Positions 58,946 through 64,000 of a stretch of 64,000 bases of DNA are shown here, piece after piece (position 1 is the stretch's first letter; each line of letters opens with the position of its first letter). A program made the position numbers and the translations under genes. Source of the stretch: Syntrophomonas sp. UBA1376 (GTDB lineage: Bacteria; Bacillota; Syntrophomonadia; Syntrophomonadales; Syntrophomonadaceae); NCBI GenBank assembly GCA_002305535.1, contig DBRE01000002.1, forward strand, positions 1,352 through 65,351. The letters are read 5' to 3'. Under the pieces are notes generated by a model that worked only from the letters and a program-made list of their open reading frames with translations, searched no databases and was not told the DNA's origin.

Positions 58946-60116
58946 GTTTTGAGGCTTGCATCACCAGACTCGATAACATCAATACTGCAATTATGATAAG
59001 TCCAGCTATCAACGAACAGATAGAATAATACCAGGCATCGAAGGAGTACAATATACGATAAGCAGGAATAGCGAGCGAGGGTACTATCTGCAGGGGTTCT
59101 ATAACCATGATATACCCGATCCAGGTGATTAAAGCGGACAGAGTTAACTGTATCAACCTGGATAATAAATAAAACCACAGCCGCACTGGTAATCCAGCTA
59201 CGATGCTCATGACCTGAGCAATAATCGAGAAACCACTAAAACCGATCACTATTGATATAGCCACTAGCTTGATGAGAACAGGATCACTGGTTGCAGCAAT
59301 GGTTCTGCTGCCCAGGGTGATCTCAAAAAACCCTATACCCATACCAAAGCAGACTGGATAGGAAAAGTTCAGTGATCCTAAGAACCAGGTCAGAAGATGG
59401 GCTATATTATCCATCATACCCCAAACCGTAAACATGCGGGTCATAACGGAGAACAAAACCACAAATCCTCCTATAGCCAGGAGATTATTCACACTGCTGG
59501 AAATGGCTTTCCCCAATAAATTCCCTATGCTTTTTTCTTCCTGGCCGAGTTGCTGCCAAAGACGGTGCAGAGCTTGAACGGGGGTAATATTTGTTAGAGC
59601 GGTAGTAGGGGAGGACATTCGTCCCCAAATGAAACCGACAATCAGATTGGCGGCATAATGGGAAACAGCCAATAGATAACCGAACTGCGGAGACGCCAAC
59701 ATGCCCACCCCAATGGCGCCGATGATGAATAAAGGACTGGAATTGTTCGTAAAAGACACCAACCGTTCGGTTTCTTGCGAGGTGATCAGTTTTTCTTCCC
59801 ACAAACGTCGAGAAAGTACGGCACCCATCGGGAATCCTGAAGTATAACCCATGGCGATGACCAGCGCACTGCATCCAGGTAAACGGAACACAGGCCTCAT
59901 AATGGGTTCCAATAGAGCACCGATCAATCCAACAAAATGCAGGCTTACCAACAGATCAGCCACAATAAAGAAGGGCAGGAGAGCTGGAACCAGTATCTGA
60001 TACCATAGTTCGAAGCCACTAGCTGCTGCCTGTACGGTTTCACGGGGATTGATAGCCATAAAGATGGCAAGAATTAAGATTATTATGGCAAATAACATAG
60101 AAGAGAATGGTTTCAA
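58932..60116 (-). CDS. ylbJ: sporulation integral membrane protein YlbJ-like (nucleoside-recognition/Gate domains)
   Basis: 394 aa polytopic protein in the conserved Firmicute ylb neighbourhood (rsmD, ylbK, ylbM homologues). Confidence 0.75.
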   Translation of the reverse strand: MKPFSSMLFAIIILILAIFMAINPRETVQAAASGFELWYQILVPALLPFFIVADLLVSLHFVGLIGALLEPIMRPVFRLPGCSALVIAMGYTSGFPMGAVLSRRLWEEKLITSQETERLVSFTNNSSPLFIIGAIGVGMLASPQFGYLLAVSHYAANLIVGFIWGRMSSPTTALTNITPVQALHRLWQQLGQEEKSIGNLLGKAISSSVNNLLAIGGFVVLFSVMTRMFTVWGMMDNIAHLLTWFLGSLNFSYPVCFGMGIGFFEITLGSRTIAATSDPVLIKLVAISIVIGFSGFSIIAQVMSIVAGLPVRLWFYLLSRLIQLTLSALITWIGYIMVIEPLQIVPSLAIPAYRILYSFDAWYYSICSLIAGLIIIAVLMLSSLVMQASKPTHP

Positions 60117-60199
60117 TGTGTTGATCTCCAGCTCTTTTTCATAGATATATTAAAATTTGCTGCTGATAGAAGTAACTATTCTAAAAAGGGGGTATCTGA

Positions 60200-61006
60200 T
60201 TGAGCAATAAACCATATGTAGCTTTGGTGTTGGGAGCAGGAAGTGCGCGTGGACTGGCTCACATTGGTGTTATCCAGGTATTACTGGAAAATCAGATTCC
60301 CTTTGATATGATCGTGGGTAGCAGTATGGGGGCCATGGTAGGCGGCATATATGCCAGCGGAGCGGATATGTACATGTTGGATCATATGATCGAACATATG
60401 AATCAAGGATTATTATATGATGTAAACCTGCCTCGCTTAGGGTTTATGGCTGGCAATAAAATTAACACATTTCTGGATTTGTTGACTAAGAAACAATCTT
60501 TTGATCAGTTGCAGACTGCCCTGCTGGTAGTGGCGACGGATCTGGTTACTGGTGAACGGGTCGTAATAGAAGAGGGCTCAGTAACCGCTGCTATCCGGGC
60601 CAGTATTTCTATTCCGGGAATTTTTCGCCCGGTTCGCGATGGAGATAAAATCTTGGTGGACGGGGCAGTAACCGATCGGTTACCTATAACAGTAGCGCGA
60701 GAACGAGGAGCTGATCTGATCATAGCAGTGGATGTGACCTTCTGTGAAGGGAAAAAAGTAGTTATCCGCAATACCTGGGATGTCATAATGACTTCTTTGG
60801 ATATCATGCAAAAGCAGCAGTTTGATGCCATATCACCTCAGGCTGATATTTTAATTCAGCCAGCTGTGGGAGGATATTCACCACGGGATTTCGAATGCTC
60901 CCGTGAACTAGTTGATCTCGGTCGAGCGGCGGCCCTGGAAAAAATTCCAGACATAAAGAATGCTATTCAGCAGTGGGAGATTCAATTCGCAGAGGAGCTG
61001 TCGTAA
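60200..61006 (+). CDS. patatin-like phospholipase (YlbK-like)
   Basis: GAGSARG oxyanion motif, GSSMG nucleophile elbow and DGA catalytic Asp motif. Confidence 0.85.
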   Translation: MSNKPYVALVLGAGSARGLAHIGVIQVLLENQIPFDMIVGSSMGAMVGGIYASGADMYMLDHMIEHMNQGLLYDVNLPRLGFMAGNKINTFLDLLTKKQSFDQLQTALLVVATDLVTGERVVIEEGSVTAAIRASISIPGIFRPVRDGDKILVDGAVTDRLPITVARERGADLIIAVDVTFCEGKKVVIRNTWDVIMTSLDIMQKQQFDAISPQADILIQPAVGGYSPRDFECSRELVDLGRAAALEKIPDIKNAIQQWEIQFAEELS

Positions 61007-62216
61007 AATCAGACCTTCCTGAGCGTAGAGATGGCGCAGGTAACAGCAGATTATAGAAGTCAGTAGCCATTACATCCATACTTATCATATCCTGAACCGA
61101 TGAGCCCAGTTTACCATCAAAAGCCTCTTTTACCTGGCTGCCCCGGCTTAAAACAGGCAGCGTCGACCAACGCTGCATCTGCTGGAGCAGGTATTGACCT
61201 TGGTCAGAAAAGGCCAGAACATGATAATATAATGGCCCGGTTTGATCGAATGATTCCATCTGTCTAGCTTGGATATTAAACAAAACGTAGAGTAGCAGTC
61301 GGTTAATTTTGGTCATGCTATAACGTTTGGATTTGATAGCATGCCGCAGTTCATCCCAGGTTCCGCAATGCAGAGAGGCCTTTTTCAGGCGATATTCAAG
61401 ACCTTCGGTCACTTCGTTTATTTGACGTAATTCGTGCAGAGGCATGGTGCGAAGCCGATAGAGTATAAAGGGTGCTAAATAGTGTTGAAAAACTGGCCCA
61501 GCACCCCTTTGTATTTCTCGCTCCATGATGAGGTGACTAGACAGGGGAAGGACATCGCGCAGATCAGCTACATCAGCTCCCTGAATAAGCGACTGGCGAA
61601 TAGCGGTGGCACTGGCAAAATGATTCAGATCTGCACTGTGAAAATGCCCCTGACGCTCAACAATTATGGGTTCTATGGCTAGCTGCAGTTCTTCCAAAAC
61701 CCGCAGGTAGGCCAAGGCCAGAATATTATTGGGCTGACTCAGGATATGCTCAGTATCCTTATCTAAAAAACTCTGTAAGGCCAGGGCTCGAGCCGATGCA
61801 AAGCTACCGCCTTGCTGCAGATAGGACTTGAGCAACTGGCGGAATTCTGTTGGTTCATTAACCAGTAGGCGTGCTATAATCTCTAATTCCTGCTGGCTGC
61901 CGCTTTCGCTGCCAAAAGCCAGATGGGTGACCAGGCCGGTTTTGGACAACAGTATTAATGACGCGCGAGCGAAATAGTAAGCGCTGCGTGCGGAGAAAAC
62001 CAGTGGCAACTCCAGAACTAAATCCACGCCCCCATGGACGGCCATTTCGGCTCGCGACCATTTGTTTATCAGAGCGGGTTCACCCCTTTGCAGAAAGTGT
62101 CCACTCATGACACAGACCACAGCCGCGCCGGGATATTTTTTCCGGGCGGACTCGATCAAGTAGCGATGGCCATTGTGAAAGGGATTGTATTCAGCTACAA
62201 TGCCGATTACTTTCAT
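60963..62216 (-). CDS. tmcAL: nucleotidyltransferase of the YlbM/TmcAL family (tRNA(Met) cytidine acetate ligase)
   Basis: MKVIGIVAEYNPFHNGHRYL is the HxGH-type signature of UPF0348/TmcAL. The start is set at that ATG rather than 62309. Confidence 0.8.
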   Translation of the reverse strand: MKVIGIVAEYNPFHNGHRYLIESARKKYPGAAVVCVMSGHFLQRGEPALINKWSRAEMAVHGGVDLVLELPLVFSARSAYYFARASLILLSKTGLVTHLAFGSESGSQQELEIIARLLVNEPTEFRQLLKSYLQQGGSFASARALALQSFLDKDTEHILSQPNNILALAYLRVLEELQLAIEPIIVERQGHFHSADLNHFASATAIRQSLIQGADVADLRDVLPLSSHLIMEREIQRGAGPVFQHYLAPFILYRLRTMPLHELRQINEVTEGLEYRLKKASLHCGTWDELRHAIKSKRYSMTKINRLLLYVLFNIQARQMESFDQTGPLYYHVLAFSDQGQYLLQQMQRWSTLPVLSRGSQVKEAFDGKLGSSVQDMISMDVMATDFYNLLLPAPSLRSGRSDFTTAPLRIESPTAE

Positions 62217-62342
62217 GGTTAGTCTCCCTAAGTTTATCGTCGCATAAATTTTACCACTTGGATTATACTTTATGCTAGAATGTACAAAGAAACGGGCAAT
62301 TAGAACCAAAAAATTTGTTATCTTTTTAGGGGAGGTAGAAGG

Positions 62343-63335
62343 ATGAGCTTACTTGCTGAAATTAGGGAAAAGGCGGCAAAAAAAGGCCGTACTATTGTTC
62401 TGCCCGAAGGAACTGAAGAAAGAACTCTGCAGGCGATCAAGAGTATCGTGGCTAACCGGATCGCCACACCTGTTCTACTCGGTGACGAAGGTGAGATCAA
62501 GGCTGCGGCCAGTAAAGTGGGGGCTGACATATCTGGAGCGGAGATCATCGATCCAATTAAGGCCCCGTTTTTTGATGATTTTGTACAGGCTTTCTATGAA
62601 ATGCGTAAGAGCAAGGGTGTAGATCTGGATAAGGCTAAGAGCACTATGCTGGATCCTTTGTTTTTCGCTTCCATGATGGTTAAAATGGGCAAAGCTGATG
62701 GTGAAGTAGCCGGTGCACTAAATACCACCGGTAATGTACTCAGACCGGCTCTGCAGATCATCAAGACTGCTCCTGGAATTCCCGCTGTATCGGGATCATT
62801 TATCATGATCGTTCCTAACTGCGAATATGGCGCTAACGGCTTGTTTGTTTTTGCCGATTGCGCAGTGACCATTGATCCTACCGCTGAGCAGCTGGCTGCT
62901 TTCGCTCAAGCTTCTGCGCAGACGGCCATAGAGCTTTGTGATGTTAAGGTACCCAAAGTAGGCATGCTATCATTTTCAACTAAGGGTAGTGCCAGTCACG
63001 AAAGTGTCGACAAAGTGGTCGAGGCGGTTCGCATTGCCAAAGAAAAATATCCTGATCTCCAGGTGGATGGCGAATTCCAATTTGACGCCGCTATCGTTCC
63101 TTCAGTGGGCGCTTCCAAAGCTCCAGGCAGTCCCATCGCTGGAGACTGTAATGTAATGGTATTCCCTGATATAAATGCCGGGAATATAGGCTACAAGTTG
63201 GTACAGCGTCTGGCTAAAGCAGAAGCTATTGGCCCCATCTTGCAAGGACTGGATAAACCCGTCAATGATTTGTCTCGTGGCTGCAGTGTTGAAGACGTTG
63301 TGAACGTAGTTGCCATGACTGCCGTAAGAGCTTAG
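62343..63335 (+). CDS. pta: phosphate acetyltransferase
   Basis: 330 aa Pta-II type (RTIVLPEGTEERTL..., SVEDVVN). Confidence 0.95.
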   Translation: MSLLAEIREKAAKKGRTIVLPEGTEERTLQAIKSIVANRIATPVLLGDEGEIKAAASKVGADISGAEIIDPIKAPFFDDFVQAFYEMRKSKGVDLDKAKSTMLDPLFFASMMVKMGKADGEVAGALNTTGNVLRPALQIIKTAPGIPAVSGSFIMIVPNCEYGANGLFVFADCAVTIDPTAEQLAAFAQASAQTAIELCDVKVPKVGMLSFSTKGSASHESVDKVVEAVRIAKEKYPDLQVDGEFQFDAAIVPSVGASKAPGSPIAGDCNVMVFPDINAGNIGYKLVQRLAKAEAIGPILQGLDKPVNDLSRGCSVEDVVNVVAMTAVRA

Positions 63336-63385
63336 ATCACAAAAAATGCTTTATATGATTTAATTGAAACTGAGGAGGTCAAACG

Positions 63386-64000
63386 ATGAAGGTATTGGTT
63401 GTAAATGCAGGGAGTTCTTCCATTAAATATCAAGTTTTTGATATGACAGATGAGTCTGTTCTGGCCAAAGGCCTGGTTGATCGGGTTGGTATACCGGGAA
63501 CGACTCTTGAACATAAACCTGCTGGAAAAGATGAAGTGGTGATCAAGAAGGATCTGCCCGACCACACCGAAGGAATGAAGCTGGTTCTGGATGTGCTGGT
63601 CAATCCTGAGTATGGCTGTATTAAGAGCATGGATGAAATCGGCGCAGTTGGTCATCGTGTAGTGCATGGTGGCGAAGATTTTGCTGCATCTATTATTATT
63701 GATGATAGTGTCAAAAAGGTCATTAAAGACTGCTTTGACATTGCTCCCCTACACAACCCTCCCAATATGATGGGTATCGAGGCTTGTCAAGCATTAATGC
63801 CTAATGTTCCTCATGTGGCTGCTTTTGATACTGCTTTCCATCAAACAATGGAACCCGCCAACTATCTGTATGCTTTGCCCTACGAAGTCTATGAAAAGCA
63901 TAAGGTAAGAAGATATGGTTTCCATGGAACTTCCCACTTCTTTGTTGCTCACCGGGCGGCTGAAATGCTGGGTAAACCTTATGAAGAATGTAAAATCATT
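63386..64000 (+). CDS. ackA: acetate kinase (5' part; runs off window)
   Basis: Not in the ORF track because there is no stop in the window. GAGGAGG lies 7 nt upstream of the ATG. The product reads MKVLVVNAGSSSIKYQVFDM...HRVVHGG...PLHNPPN... Confidence 0.95.
   Translation, partial: MKVLVVNAGSSSIKYQVFDMTDESVLAKGLVDRVGIPGTTLEHKPAGKDEVVIKKDLPDHTEGMKLVLDVLVNPEYGCIKSMDEIGAVGHRVVHGGEDFAASIIIDDSVKKVIKDCFDIAPLHNPPNMMGIEACQALMPNVPHVAAFDTAFHQTMEPANYLYALPYEVYEKHKVRRYGFHGTSHFFVAHRAAEMLGKPYEECKII

Overview
This 64 kb window is core chromosome from an anaerobic, endospore-forming Firmicute (Clostridia). The gene content resembles Syntrophomonadaceae or Peptococcaceae-type syntrophs, but that placement is inference only. 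Genes are densely packed and mostly on the + strand. I saw no transposases, integrases, CRISPR arrays, tRNA/rRNA genes or recognisable defence genes.

Contents in order:
- A selenocysteine formate dehydrogenase (in-frame TGA plus SECIS-like hairpin) with NuoF- and NuoE-like partners.
- Housekeeping genes: DUF1015, PHP phosphatase, CaCA exchanger, YlbF-like protein, gdhA, prsA.
- A Fur-family regulator followed by a Fur box, an orphan FeoA and a minimal two-gene SufC/short-SufB pair.
- LysR, rubrerythrin, a large membrane protein of unknown function, trpS, marR and speH.
- A late menaquinone cluster (HepS-like, UbiD, UbiA, UbiX, HepT), then tatC-tatA.
- A complete siroheme-dependent (Ahb) heme operon that ends in a translationally coupled CheR-type methyltransferase.
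- etfBA plus a membrane cytochrome-b/HdrD-like FeS oxidoreductase.
- A Fur-controlled feoAB locus, thiolase and coaD.
- About 215 nt of highly structured non-coding sequence (6S-like candidate).
- hslO, rpmB, asp23, yloV and recG.
- A CoA-transferase-GNAT fusion.
- SASP and gpr spore genes, rsmD, ylbJ/K/M homologues, pta and the start of ackA.

No clearly novel multi-gene system is evident. The most unusual items are ranked in the findings. All calls rest on reading the translated ORFs and the DNA by eye; no database search was run.
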